Virus record (IMG/VR): IMGVR_UViG_3300036884_000265
Location: 1 to 59,395 of that record
DNA: 59,395 nt
From: a virus
Lineage: Duplodnaviria > Caudoviricetes
Reading direction: 5' to 3' (one strand)
In this document: positions 29,343 through 37,812 of the stretch, piece after piece
How positions within the stretch are numbered: the stretch's first letter is position 1
How the letters are laid out: every line of letters begins with the position of its first letter
Notes under the pieces: model-generated
Seen by the model: only the letters and a program-made list of their open reading frames with translations
Databases searched by the model: none
Told to the model about the DNA's origin: nothing
Program-made: the position numbers and the translations under genes

Positions 29343-29510
29343 ATGTGTATGACTTATCAAGAAGTTAAGGCAAGGGATAATGCTATTGTTGAAAGTATTG
29401 TTTTAAAAAATGAAGAGTTATTAAATTGTATGAAATGTAATTGGTCTGAATGGTGTGATAAGAACATGGCTAAATATTGCAAAGCTGAGAAGTTACAAGA
29501 TTTAAGGTAA
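29343..29510 (+). CDS. Small Cys-containing early protein
   Basis: Start moved to ATG 29343 (AAGGAGG RBS); C..C....C......C pattern. Confidence 0.65.
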   Translation: MCMTYQEVKARDNAIVESIVLKNEELLNCMKCNWSEWCDKNMAKYCKAEKLQDLR

Positions 29511-29693
29511 TTAGGAGGATGTAATGCTAATAAAAATAGACACAAATAACATCATTACACATTTTAATAAATATAGGTTTTTCTATGGATACTTAACTGG
29601 ATGTATTGCCATGTTCATTGTGGGATTATTAGCTGGAATTTACCGTTGAATTATTAAATAAAATTAGATATATAGGTGAAAGGAGGTTTTTAA

Positions 29694-29936
29694 ATGACTG
29701 ATCTTGAGTATCTTAATATTGAACATAATAGAGAAAGTAGATCGTCACGTATTATGCTTGGTAGATCCTTATTATTGATATTCATTAGTGTTATGCTAAC
29801 TATTGTATTTCTTAGCATAGTTATCAAACCGGAATTAAAATCAGTGGATAATTGGAAAGGTTGTGTAATTGCGAAGCAGTGTGTCACGCAGGATGGTTGG
29901 AAGGTATTGATAATAGCCAAAGAAGGTAAGAAATGA
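29694..29936 (+). CDS. Single-pass membrane protein
   Basis: Hydrophobic LLLIFISVMLTIVFLSIVI; AGGAGG RBS. Confidence 0.7.
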   Translation: MTDLEYLNIEHNRESRSSRIMLGRSLLLIFISVMLTIVFLSIVIKPELKSVDNWKGCVIAKQCVTQDGWKVLIIAKEGKK

Positions 29937-30165
29937 AAATATCCACTTCTGCATGGTTTTTATTCACAATAGCTTGTATCTTTTTACTTGGTTTGTTTTT
30001 TGTTGCAGTAATTTCTCAATTTTGGAGATAAGAAAATGAATATTAAGAAGATAATAAAGTATGGGGTAGTTATATTCCTTTTACTTTTTGTGGCCTGTTC
30101 TTTCTTTCCGGTAGTTATATGGTGGGTATCATTTCTATGTAAAAAGTTAGGAGTATAAAGGCAAG

Positions 30166-30657
30166 GTGAGGAAAATGAATAATGATAAATTTATAGCAGC
30201 GTTGATGGGAAAGTGCTTACACACATTCGATACAGATTATGCCGAGGAAAAGTGCAAAAACTGTGGAGAAACGTATTATTATGCCGACAAATTCTCAACC
30301 TCCCTCGATGGCGAGATCACAAAAGAGGTAAGGGATCGGATGGCAAAGGAAATGCCGGAGTGGTGGGAGAAATATTTAATACATATTACATCTGAAACGG
30401 GTAAAAACGAATTATATAAAGGTAATAATTTTGCAACTCTAACATTAGATAAACAGCTTTCCATCATCAACCTTGTTCAGTATATCGTGGATAATTATAA
30501 GGAAATGTTTATGGAGGAGTGCCCAGAGTGCTTCGGGAAGGGTGGTTGGCACAGACCAGATGATTATGGCGATATGTGTTTTGAGTGTAATGGCACCGGC
30601 AAAATTCCCATTTCCCGTTTTGCAGCAGCGGTGAAGATGATTAAGGAGGAAAAATGA
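30166..30657 (+). CDS. Protein with DnaJ-type CxxCxGxG zinc finger
   Basis: CPECFGKGG...CFECNGTG; the start may be ATG 30175. Confidence 0.75.
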   Translation: MRKMNNDKFIAALMGKCLHTFDTDYAEEKCKNCGETYYYADKFSTSLDGEITKEVRDRMAKEMPEWWEKYLIHITSETGKNELYKGNNFATLTLDKQLSIINLVQYIVDNYKEMFMEECPECFGKGGWHRPDDYGDMCFECNGTGKIPISRFAAAVKMIKEEK

Positions 30658-30881
30658 TTAAATCAATTACTTACAATGAAGATGTTTCGCACCTTCATAT
30701 TTATACTAATAAGATACATTACTTATATTATGATGTTCCTTATTCAATGTATCAAAAAGTTATGAAATTAAAAAAGTATAGTATGCTTACACAAAATCTT
30801 ATAGAAGGTAAGATATGGAATATCATTAAGGAATATAGGTTTGATAAAACAATGCTTAAATTAAAACCTAAGGAGGATTGA
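30654..30881 (+). CDS. KTSC-domain-like protein
   Basis: IKSITYNE....L.I......YLYYDVP...Y.......GK.WN.IK pattern. Confidence 0.65.
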   Translation: MIKSITYNEDVSHLHIYTNKIHYLYYDVPYSMYQKVMKLKKYSMLTQNLIEGKIWNIIKEYRFDKTMLKLKPKED

Positions 30882-30882
30882 A

Positions 30883-31161
30883 ATGCTGACACTTGAAAAA
30901 CTAAAAGAAATGGGACCCCATGAATACTTTGCTACTGGAGTTACAATAGATAGTCCAAATGGTGTAAACATGACTAACTCAGGTATACCTTTAAGGTGGG
31001 TGGCAGTAAGAGGAGAAATACCGGATTGGGCAATTTATATTGCTTGGGCATATAAGGATGAAGTTTATATAGCGAAACAAGGGGATAAAGTACATTCTCC
31101 ATTTTATATAAGAAGACTTGTCCCTTGCGATGATGAAGCATTTAAGATGTATAGATCTTAA
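30883..31161 (+). CDS. Conserved-looking phage hypothetical protein
   Basis: LRWVAVRG.I.DWAIY...GDKV...LVPCDDEA; GGAGG RBS. Confidence 0.75.
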   Translation: MLTLEKLKEMGPHEYFATGVTIDSPNGVNMTNSGIPLRWVAVRGEIPDWAIYIAWAYKDEVYIAKQGDKVHSPFYIRRLVPCDDEAFKMYRS

Positions 31162-31313
31162 AGGAGATTTAAAATGTATGATGATATAATTGCTGGTTTA
31201 ATTTTTTTCGGCCTTTGTTGTCTTTTCGTTTTCTTCGTAGATTCAGATTATATATTTAAGTCATTTTTACATTATCTCAAAAGGAAGTTAAATGAGATTG
31301 AGGATTAATTTGT

Positions 31314-31343
31314 TAAGATTATCGTAATAGTTACGATGATTAA
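31314..31343 (-). repeat. Dispersed palindromic element copy 6 (core CGTAATAGTTACG 31323-31335)
   Basis: taagattatCGTAATAGTTACGatgattaa; one core mismatch. Confidence 0.85.
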
Positions 31344-31509
31344 TTTTACGTTTTAACGAAAATTTTCCGTTGACATGACCAACCATACCGGGGTTTATGT
31401 AAAAACGTTACCACGTGCAACATGGGGCACGGTATAGGGTATATAAAACCGGGTGATCGTAAAATGATTGAAAAACGTAATAAATTTAATAAAACTGAGG
31501 AGGTTCAAA

Positions 31510-31785
31510 ATGACTCAAAAACAAACTGAAACTGCAATAAGAAAACATATGAAGGAGTTTGGTGAGTGGTTAATTTCTAAGAATCGTGCATATGGAAATT
31601 CAGTAGTTGAAAACATTAATGTTTTTGGAAAAGGAACAGCTTTAGATATTATTAAGATAAGAATGGATGATAAGTTAAAAAAGATGATTAAGGGTAAGGA
31701 TTTAAGTGAAGAAAAGGATGATGCAGGTAAGGATTTTTGTGGTTACTGGCACTTATTGAAAATACTCGAAAAAATAGGAGAATGA
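31510..31785 (+). CDS. DUF1599 / MazG-like nucleotide-modification-associated protein
   Basis: KNRAYGNS...IRMDDKL...D...D..GY; start ATG 31510 with GGAGG RBS. Confidence 0.65.
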   Translation: MTQKQTETAIRKHMKEFGEWLISKNRAYGNSVVENINVFGKGTALDIIKIRMDDKLKKMIKGKDLSEEKDDAGKDFCGYWHLLKILEKIGE

Positions 31786-32165
31786 AAATGAGTGATAAAA
31801 ATTATGATATTGTTTATGCAGATAAAGAAGAGTATGAAGAAATGCATTACTTAAATGTGAGGGATAAAATATTACATAGTATTGTACTTTACAATAAAGA
31901 AGAAGTTGGACCTGATTATGAAAGTGAAGGATATGTAAAAATTAAGATTGAAAGAATATATGAATAAACCAAGGAGGTAAAGAAAATGACAAGGAAAGAT
32001 TATACACAACTTGCTTTTGCAATTAATATGTTTTTAAAATATGCTGTAATAAATAATTATGCAGAAGAATATTTAATGGATACTTTTTGTGCTATCTTTA
32101 AGAAAAATAATAAATTATTTGATGAAAGTAAGTTTAGAAAAGCTTGCGGGATAAAGGAGGATTAA

Positions 32166-32339
32166 ATAAGTTGGTTAGAAGATGAGATGTATACTAATCC
32201 AGAGGCTTTTTATGTAAATTCTTATGTTTGTACAGATTGTATACATTTAAAAGATATTGATTTGTGGTGTAACTGGCATAAAAGATTTGTATCAAGAAAT
32301 GATGAAGCTTGTGATGAACTTGAAGAAAAGGAGATTTAA
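32166..32339 (+). CDS. Small Cys-rich protein with apparent ATA start
   Basis: GGAGG-attaa-ATA AGT TGG...; reads SWLEDEMYTNPE...CTDC.H......C..H.......AC. An alternative ATG at 32187 has a weak RBS. Confidence 0.55.
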   Translation: MSWLEDEMYTNPEAFYVNSYVCTDCIHLKDIDLWCNWHKRFVSRNDEACDELEEKEI

Positions 32340-32340
32340 A

Positions 32341-32517
32341 ATGAGCAATCCTTGTGCTACACCTAATTGTAAAAGTAAGGAACATTTTAAGGGTTTATGT
32401 GATAAGTGTTATCATACAATGACCGGACATAGTTATCAATCGGTAAGACAAAATAAGAAAAGGAATAAGGATACTAAACTTCATACTAAGAAACGTGTTA
32501 TTAATTTAGGAGCTTAA
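32341..32517 (+). CDS. Small zinc-finger protein
   Basis: Start ATG 32341 (AAGGAG RBS); C....C........GLC..CY. Confidence 0.65.
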   Translation: MSNPCATPNCKSKEHFKGLCDKCYHTMTGHSYQSVRQNKKRNKDTKLHTKKRVINLGA

Positions 32518-32518
32518 A

Positions 32519-32821
32519 ATGACAACTCCATCTTGCAGTTTGTGTTCAAACAAGAATGAATGTAGGTTATATAATGATTTTACTTGTAATTTTGGTTTAA
32601 GTAATGTCATGGATACTTTTGTGAAAAATGAATATCCTGAATTTAAGGAATCAAGTGATTATGTTGGAACCGGGATAAGATTTTGGGTAGGTATAACATA
32701 CTGTCCAAAATATAAAGAAGTTGTTACAAGTGCAATGAAGAGACAAAAAGTTAAACAAGAAGAAGTTAGTTTAAGTGAAGATGAAATAAGAATAATGAAG
32801 AAATTAGGACTTGAAATTTAA
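32519..32821 (+). CDS. Cys-rich hypothetical protein with C-terminal LSEDEIRIMKKLGL
   Basis: ORF track plus GGAG RBS. Confidence 0.7.
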   Translation: MTTPSCSLCSNKNECRLYNDFTCNFGLSNVMDTFVKNEYPEFKESSDYVGTGIRFWVGITYCPKYKEVVTSAMKRQKVKQEEVSLSEDEIRIMKKLGLEI

Positions 32822-32832
32822 GGAGGATTAAA

Positions 32833-33042
32833 ATGGATACATTGGTTATTAAGATACATGATGCAATTGAACATCATATAAGAGATATTATAAAAGAAGA
32901 AACTGAAAAGGCAGTTATACAAATTACTAAAAATATAAACGAACAAGTTGACGCAATTGTTTTGCATGTTCTTAGTAATTATGAAATAATAAGTAACTCA
33001 AATAAATTAATAGTTGAAGTTAAGAAGTCAAAGGAGATTTAA
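32833..33042 (+). CDS. Hypothetical protein
   Basis: AGGAGG RBS, 69 aa. Confidence 0.7.
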   Translation: MDTLVIKIHDAIEHHIRDIIKEETEKAVIQITKNINEQVDAIVLHVLSNYEIISNSNKLIVEVKKSKEI

Positions 33043-33044
33043 AA

Positions 33045-33236
33045 ATGGCAATTCTTAATTATTTTAATGTATACAATTTGTACAAACATGCGGAAATTGA
33101 ATTTAAAGTTAATTGTTCAAGTTGTAATAGTGAACTTACTGTAAAAAAGGTTAAATATGATAGATGGAATATACCAGTTATAAAAGTAGAACCCTGTGAA
33201 AAGTGTATACAAGAAGCATTAAGCGATGCTGTATAA
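33045..33236 (+). CDS. Small zinc-ribbon protein
   Basis: CSSC...VEPCEKC. Confidence 0.7.
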   Translation: MAILNYFNVYNLYKHAEIEFKVNCSSCNSELTVKKVKYDRWNIPVIKVEPCEKCIQEALSDAV

Positions 33237-33247
33237 AAGGAGAAAAC

Positions 33248-33550
33248 ATGCTTGACCTGAGAAGTTATTTTGATAAAAGCTTAGATTTAAACGAAGGGGA
33301 TAAATTATTTATTCCTTGTTTAAACACAACACATCAAGCTTCAATTCGGACACAAATGAGCCGAATGAGAAAGGATTATGCTAAGAAACAAGATTATAAG
33401 GTAATGGAATTAATTGGTATTTCTAATCAAGAACTTGATGATAAGTTATTTGTTGTTATTGAAAAACGGAATAAACTTGACGATGCCTTCATTCTAAAGG
33501 CTAATGGAAAAATTGAACAAGTTACAATTGGAGATGATAATGATAAATAA
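33248..33550 (+). CDS. Hypothetical protein
   Basis: Start moved to ATG 33248 (AAGGAG RBS). Confidence 0.7.
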   Translation: MLDLRSYFDKSLDLNEGDKLFIPCLNTTHQASIRTQMSRMRKDYAKKQDYKVMELIGISNQELDDKLFVVIEKRNKLDDAFILKANGKIEQVTIGDDNDK

Positions 33551-33929
33551 AAATGGTTTAAGTGATGCTGAAAAAGAACTAATAAACAAACTTGGCTTAG
33601 ATAAATTGATTAAAGGTATATCAACATTCAAAGCTACAGCTAAAAAGGTAATTCCAAAACAAGAATATAATTTAATTGGTGAAATAACATGTTTAACCTG
33701 TGGTTATATTCACTATCATTATTATATAATGAAATGGGATGAGACAAGAACATTATTATACTCAGTTCCTGTATCAAATCATCTTAAACTTATTTTATTA
33801 AATGAAACCAGAACTACAAAATCGACAAGTGAAAGATGCAGTCATTGTCAAGAAGTATTAAACAACATGACTAAGGAAGAATTAATCCAAAGAATATTTA
33901 AAATTTATGCAAGAATGGGGAGTAAATAA
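33540..33929 (+). CDS. Zinc-binding hypothetical protein
   Basis: CLTCG...CSHC; N-terminal LSDAEKELINKLGL; start ATG 33534 or 33540. Confidence 0.7.
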   Translation: MINKNGLSDAEKELINKLGLDKLIKGISTFKATAKKVIPKQEYNLIGEITCLTCGYIHYHYYIMKWDETRTLLYSVPVSNHLKLILLNETRTTKSTSERCSHCQEVLNNMTKEELIQRIFKIYARMGSK

Positions 33930-34005
33930 TGGCAAACCTCATTGTGATCTTGATTATTATTTTTATATTCTGGATTTTTGTAAAAAAATGACCTGAAAAT
34001 AGTTC

Positions 34006-34034
34006 TTGACAACTGCATGGAACGATGGTATAAT
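34006..34034 (+). promoter_or_regulatory. Consensus sigma70 promoter (extended -10) for the replication/recombination operon
   Basis: TTGACA-17 nt-TATAAT with TGn before the -10. Confidence 0.9.
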
Positions 34035-34111
34035 TATGTATAATTAAAAATGAAACATTTTAATGGTTTTATTATTTAGTAAGGAAAATAAAGGAACAAA
34101 AGGATTTTAAC

Positions 34112-34345
34112 ATGAGATTTGTTCAATCAGAAATAACAAATGATTTATATGTAAGACTTAAGTTATATGGCCTTAAGTCAAGTAAATCAGTTACGTCAAT
34201 TTTAACCTCAGCAATAATTTATTATTTAGATTTAAAAGAACAGGAAGCCTCTGCACTTAAAAAGTCGGAAGGAACGACAAACTCAAAACCTCTGCAGAAG
34301 GTTAGAGCTAAATCGTTCGCCTCTGCAGGGGAAAGCGATTCATAA
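34112..34345 (+). CDS. Ribbon-helix-helix (Arc/CopG-like) DNA-binding protein
   Basis: MRFVQSEI-TNDLYVRLKLYGLK-SSKSVTSILTSAIIYYL: strand-helix-helix pattern; first gene after the promoter. Confidence 0.7.
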   Translation: MRFVQSEITNDLYVRLKLYGLKSSKSVTSILTSAIIYYLDLKEQEASALKKSEGTTNSKPLQKVRAKSFASAGESDS

Positions 34346-34432
34346 TGGTTCGCCAGGGGCTTCATGTTCTAATTTAAACTGACCTTAATAATCCTTAAGG
34401 ATTAAAGGAATAAAAATAAAAGGAGATACATC

Positions 34433-34897
34433 ATGGCTAAGAACAAATTTAAAAAGGAGGATGCAAATATGGCAGACGAAACAGGATATGGTGAGCAAAA
34501 AGCTGAAGAAGCCGAACAGGAAACACCAAAAAAGGAGAAAGGAAATAAGAAACTAAGTAAGGGAATTGTAGGTTCAGTTGTTACAATTACTGAAGGTACA
34601 GCCGGAACAGTGATGGAATTTGATTTTGCTGAGTTACCTGCTGATATTCAGGCTAAATTAGGCCCCTTTGGTCTTGGGCATAAGTTGGGTGATGCAGCTG
34701 CTGGCAAATCAGGTCAGGATGCAGTTAATGCTATTAATAAGGTTTTTGATGGCCTTATGAAAGATGATTGGTCAGTACGTGCTCCTGCTGCTGAGAAGGT
34801 TAGCAAGTCTGATCTTATTACCAGAATTGGTGCATTGTCTGATGATGAACAGGCTGTTGCAAAAGCAATGCTTGCAAAACTTGGAATTAAGATGTAA
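34433..34897 (+). CDS. Hypothetical protein
   Basis: FDF.ELP.DIQ..L..FGL.HKLGDAAAG motif; AGGAG RBS (an internal start at 34469 is possible). Confidence 0.8.
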   Translation: MAKNKFKKEDANMADETGYGEQKAEEAEQETPKKEKGNKKLSKGIVGSVVTITEGTAGTVMEFDFAELPADIQAKLGPFGLGHKLGDAAAGKSGQDAVNAINKVFDGLMKDDWSVRAPAAEKVSKSDLITRIGALSDDEQAVAKAMLAKLGIKM

Positions 34898-34900
34898 ATT

Positions 34901-35015
34901 TAGGAAATGGGCTTAAATCCTACGGACTGACCGGGGAGATAGTCCATATGACTAAGCGGGGTAACTGGTTTTTATCTCCTTAAAGGTTTTCCAGTTACTC
35001 CGTGAAGTCATTTTT
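34901..35015 (+). ncRNA. Structured intergenic RNA / terminator with possible loop-loop pairing
   Basis: Three hairpins: tagga/tccta, ggact/agtcc, and atgact..gcggggtaactgg/ccagttactccgt..agtcat followed by TTTTT. The segment ggagat(ag) is complementary to loop (tt)atctcc. Confidence 0.4.
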
Positions 35016-35059
35016 AATGTTTCAAATGCTTAATCCATAAAATAAATGGAGGTTTCAAA

Positions 35060-36118
35060 ATGGCAGAAAATGAAGTTGATATTAATGATTTTAACTTAGA
35101 TTCAGAAAATACAAATAAAACAAACTACCCTCCAACTGAACAATTAGTAAAACAAGGCCCGCGCTCGTTCTTAAATGAAATAAGAATGGATAATACCAAA
35201 CGGTCAACTGCTGAACAATGCTTGAGAAAATTTCAGTTGTCTCATTTACTTGGACTTAAATCTATTTTTGGGTCAACTGCTTTACGTTATGGTTCAACTT
35301 GGCATAAATTTATGGAAGGATATTATGGAACAATTAAGCAAGTTGGATGGGGTTGTAGAGATCAAGCAATTAATACTGCAATTTTACTTGGTAAGAAAGA
35401 ATGGGATGGAATAACTGAGAAACAGCAGTATTTCAATGATTATCGAACCTTTGAAAATTGTGTAACTTCCTTTTTGCAGTACATTGTTCACTTTGAAGGA
35501 GATCAGGCTAAACTTGTTGTAATTGCAACTGAACAAACATTTGCGCTTCCGGTTATCTTGGAAACAGAACTTGAATTAAATTTATTTGATTCGTTACCTC
35601 CAATTATTTTCACTGGGAAACTTGACTTACAAATGGAATTAGATGGGATGCAATGGATTAATGAGTTTAAGTCAACAGGCCAAGCATTAAGTATTCAGGG
35701 AAACCGTTTATATCGGTCAAATCAAGTAATTGGATATACATATGCAGGACCACGGATTCTTAATTTTAATCCAGCAGGAACATTAGTTACACTTCATTTA
35801 TTAACTTCAAGGAAAACTAAGGATGGGACTTATGGCAAAATAACAATTGATTTTGCACGTATCCCTCAAGTTTTTAATGATGATGATTTAAGCAAATGGA
35901 AATTAAGTTTCTTAAGTACATGTAAAAAAGTTTATCATGCGTGTAAGGATAATTACTTCCCTTGTCAATTTGATTCTTGTTTTGCTTATAATCGGAAATG
36001 TCAGTTTTATGGATTATGTAGTCAAGATGCTAACCCTATGAAATATGCTGAAGAAATTCCTGAGGGGTTTATGCAAGATTTTTGGGATGTTGAAAATGTT
36101 GAAGGAGATGTTGAATGA
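35060..36118 (+). CDS. PD-(D/E)XK Cas4/RecB-like exonuclease
   Basis: C.RK, YGSTWH, EQ.F, GKLD, EFKST, Q...Y and C-terminal C......C.F..LC. Confidence 0.85.
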   Translation: MAENEVDINDFNLDSENTNKTNYPPTEQLVKQGPRSFLNEIRMDNTKRSTAEQCLRKFQLSHLLGLKSIFGSTALRYGSTWHKFMEGYYGTIKQVGWGCRDQAINTAILLGKKEWDGITEKQQYFNDYRTFENCVTSFLQYIVHFEGDQAKLVVIATEQTFALPVILETELELNLFDSLPPIIFTGKLDLQMELDGMQWINEFKSTGQALSIQGNRLYRSNQVIGYTYAGPRILNFNPAGTLVTLHLLTSRKTKDGTYGKITIDFARIPQVFNDDDLSKWKLSFLSTCKKVYHACKDNYFPCQFDSCFAYNRKCQFYGLCSQDANPMKYAEEIPEGFMQDFWDVENVEGDVE

Positions 36119-36336
36119 AAATCTGGTGTTTATTTTCAATTGAAAACGAGTATAATCAACCAAGCAATAATTTAATAGCATGGTGGAATGAGAAGCCATC
36201 ACAAGTTAAACTACAACACATAATGCTCGAAAGCAATGTAAATAAGTTATTAAATGGCTATACAGTAAGATATGGAAATATTGATTTCAGGCTTGAAGAA
36301 GTTAAAGAAGGTGTTGCTTTAAAGTATAATGAATAG
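36115..36336 (+). CDS. Hypothetical protein
   Basis: Coupled (ATGA) to the exonuclease; WCLFSIENEYNQP.NNL.AWW motif. Confidence 0.7.
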   Translation: MKIWCLFSIENEYNQPSNNLIAWWNEKPSQVKLQHIMLESNVNKLLNGYTVRYGNIDFRLEEVKEGVALKYNE

Positions 36337-36349
36337 GAATAAAATAAAG

Positions 36350-36466
36350 GTAAGGGTGGCGGAATGGGTAGACGCAGAGAGGATACGCGCTGGCAACGTT
36401 ACTAAGGGCTGTCATCCGAGACAGTTGTTCACCAGTACCGCAGGGTTCAAATCCCTGCCCCTTATC
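36350..36466 (+). tRNA. Atypical tRNA-like RNA (Leu-type D arm, no canonical anticodon arm)
   Basis: Acceptor GTAAGGG/CCCTTAT, D arm TGGCGGAATGGGTAGACGC, T arm GCAGGG-TTCAAAT-CCCTGC; ~63 nt between the D and T arms; no encoded CCA. Confidence 0.65.
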
Positions 36467-36481
36467 TTATTAGCATAAAAA

Positions 36482-36510
36482 TTAAATATCGTAATAATTA
36501 CGATATTAAT
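36482..36510 (+). repeat. Dispersed palindromic element copy 7 (core 36490-36502)
   Basis: ttaaatatCGTAATAATTACGatattaat, just after the tRNA-like gene. Confidence 0.9.
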
Positions 36511-36534
36511 TAATTAAAACCAAAGGAGAAAAAT

Positions 36535-37026
36535 ATGGAGGACAAAGAATTAATATGGGTAAGTAAAGAATTTGCTGAAAAATATAAAATAATAGGTGAT
36601 GAACAAGAACAAATGAAGATATTTCAAGAATACTTAGATCAGGTAAGCCAACAATCTAAGGACGATTATAAGGCAAATTTGGAAGCTATGGAAGAAGATG
36701 TTGCTATTTATACTGGTTTGATGCTGAAAGTTAAACATACATTTAGCAAGGCTAAAGATGAAGCATTAGATGCTTCGTATGCCATGTGGCAAGGTTATGC
36801 AAAAGAAAAGCCTAAGATTGAAAAAAACATAGATGAGATACTAAAACTCCTGAATCCACTTGATGAGAAGTTAGATAGTATAAATAAAAAGTTAGGCAAA
36901 ATAAATACATTCAGAATAGATCAGATGAGTGAATCAATTAGCAAGTTTTCTCAAATGTCAGAAAGCGGACAAGCAATGTTTGAATTTCTAGTTAAACATT
37001 TTAATGAAGAAGGAGGAAAAGGATGA
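36535..37026 (+). CDS. Coiled-coil hypothetical protein
   Basis: 163 aa, AAGGAG RBS. Confidence 0.75.
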   Translation: MEDKELIWVSKEFAEKYKIIGDEQEQMKIFQEYLDQVSQQSKDDYKANLEAMEEDVAIYTGLMLKVKHTFSKAKDEALDASYAMWQGYAKEKPKIEKNIDEILKLLNPLDEKLDSINKKLGKINTFRIDQMSESISKFSQMSESGQAMFEFLVKHFNEEGGKG

Positions 37027-37769
37027 GTTCAAGTGCTTTAAATGTTACGAATAATACTGAATTTATTAAATGTTTAATAATTGGAAGCCCGGGTTCGGGC
37101 AAGTCGATTTTTGCGTCCACCTTTCCAACAAAAGGTTACGTATATGACTTTGCTCAAGGCATCTTAAGTTACAAAGGAAAGGATTTTGATTATGACCAAT
37201 TTCAGTTAAATTCTCAAGGTTGGGGAGAATTTGAAAAAGCTCATGTTGAGTTAATTAAGCGTGCAAAAGATGGTGAGTATAAAACAATAATTGTAGATGA
37301 TTTAACTGCAATGGATTCATTAGCTATGGAAAAGGCATTAGCCCTTGATCCTAAGCGAAATGAAGCTCAAGGGCCGCTTTGGAATGTTCATTACTCATTA
37401 ACAAAAAACTTAATGGAAGGTAAGCTTAGGCAAATAATTAATTTACCAGCAAATATCATTTTTATTTGCCATGATGATATTATAACTGACAAGGTTAGTG
37501 GTGCAGTTATTAAGGTAGAACCCCGGCTTCCCGGTCAATTACCTACGGTCATTTCAGGTTATTTTGATGAGGTATATTTTTCAACTACAAGGAGGGAAAC
37601 TGGCAAGGATAATCTTCAACATACACGTTACTTACTCCAAACAGTTCCAATTGGATTTTTAAGGGCACGAAGTCGATTAAGTGGAATTGATAAATTGTTA
37701 CCAGACTTTATTGACAATAATTATACTTCACTTATGGAATATTTGAAAAGTAAAACAAAAAGTGCTTAA
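37023..37769 (+). CDS. Sak4-like (AAA_24) ATPase / single-strand annealing recombinase
   Basis: GSPGSGKS (Walker A), IIVDDLT (Walker B), ICH, P.LPGQ....I.GYFDEV, ARSR; lies between the exonuclease and SSB. Confidence 0.8.
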   Translation: MSSSALNVTNNTEFIKCLIIGSPGSGKSIFASTFPTKGYVYDFAQGILSYKGKDFDYDQFQLNSQGWGEFEKAHVELIKRAKDGEYKTIIVDDLTAMDSLAMEKALALDPKRNEAQGPLWNVHYSLTKNLMEGKLRQIINLPANIIFICHDDIITDKVSGAVIKVEPRLPGQLPTVISGYFDEVYFSTTRRETGKDNLQHTRYLLQTVPIGFLRARSRLSGIDKLLPDFIDNNYTSLMEYLKSKTKSA

Positions 37770-37812
37770 GTCCCATTAAGGGACACATCTTAAATTAAGG
37801 AGGCCACTTATC

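Larger units (their letters stand above)
32224..33089. repeat. 24-bp inverted repeat pair (32224-32247 and 33066-33089)
   Basis: The reverse complement of atgtttgtacagattgtatacatt matches aatgtatacaatttgtacaaacat at 23 of 24 positions. Confidence 0.8.

Noticed and set aside
31370-31400. sigma70 promoter at TTGACA 31370
   Set aside because: There is no acceptable -10 hexamer at 16-18 nt spacing.
35060-36118. CRISPR-Cas system, suggested by the Cas4-like gene and repeated palindromes
   Set aside because: It is a solo nuclease in an exonuclease-Sak4-SSB recombination module; the repeats are kilobases apart, not a repeat-spacer array.
36350-36466. Suppressor tRNA (CUA/UCA), tRNA-Sec or tmRNA
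   Set aside because: CTA and TCA triplets are present but not in a 7-nt loop on a 5-bp stem; there is no tag reading frame and the length does not fit tmRNA.
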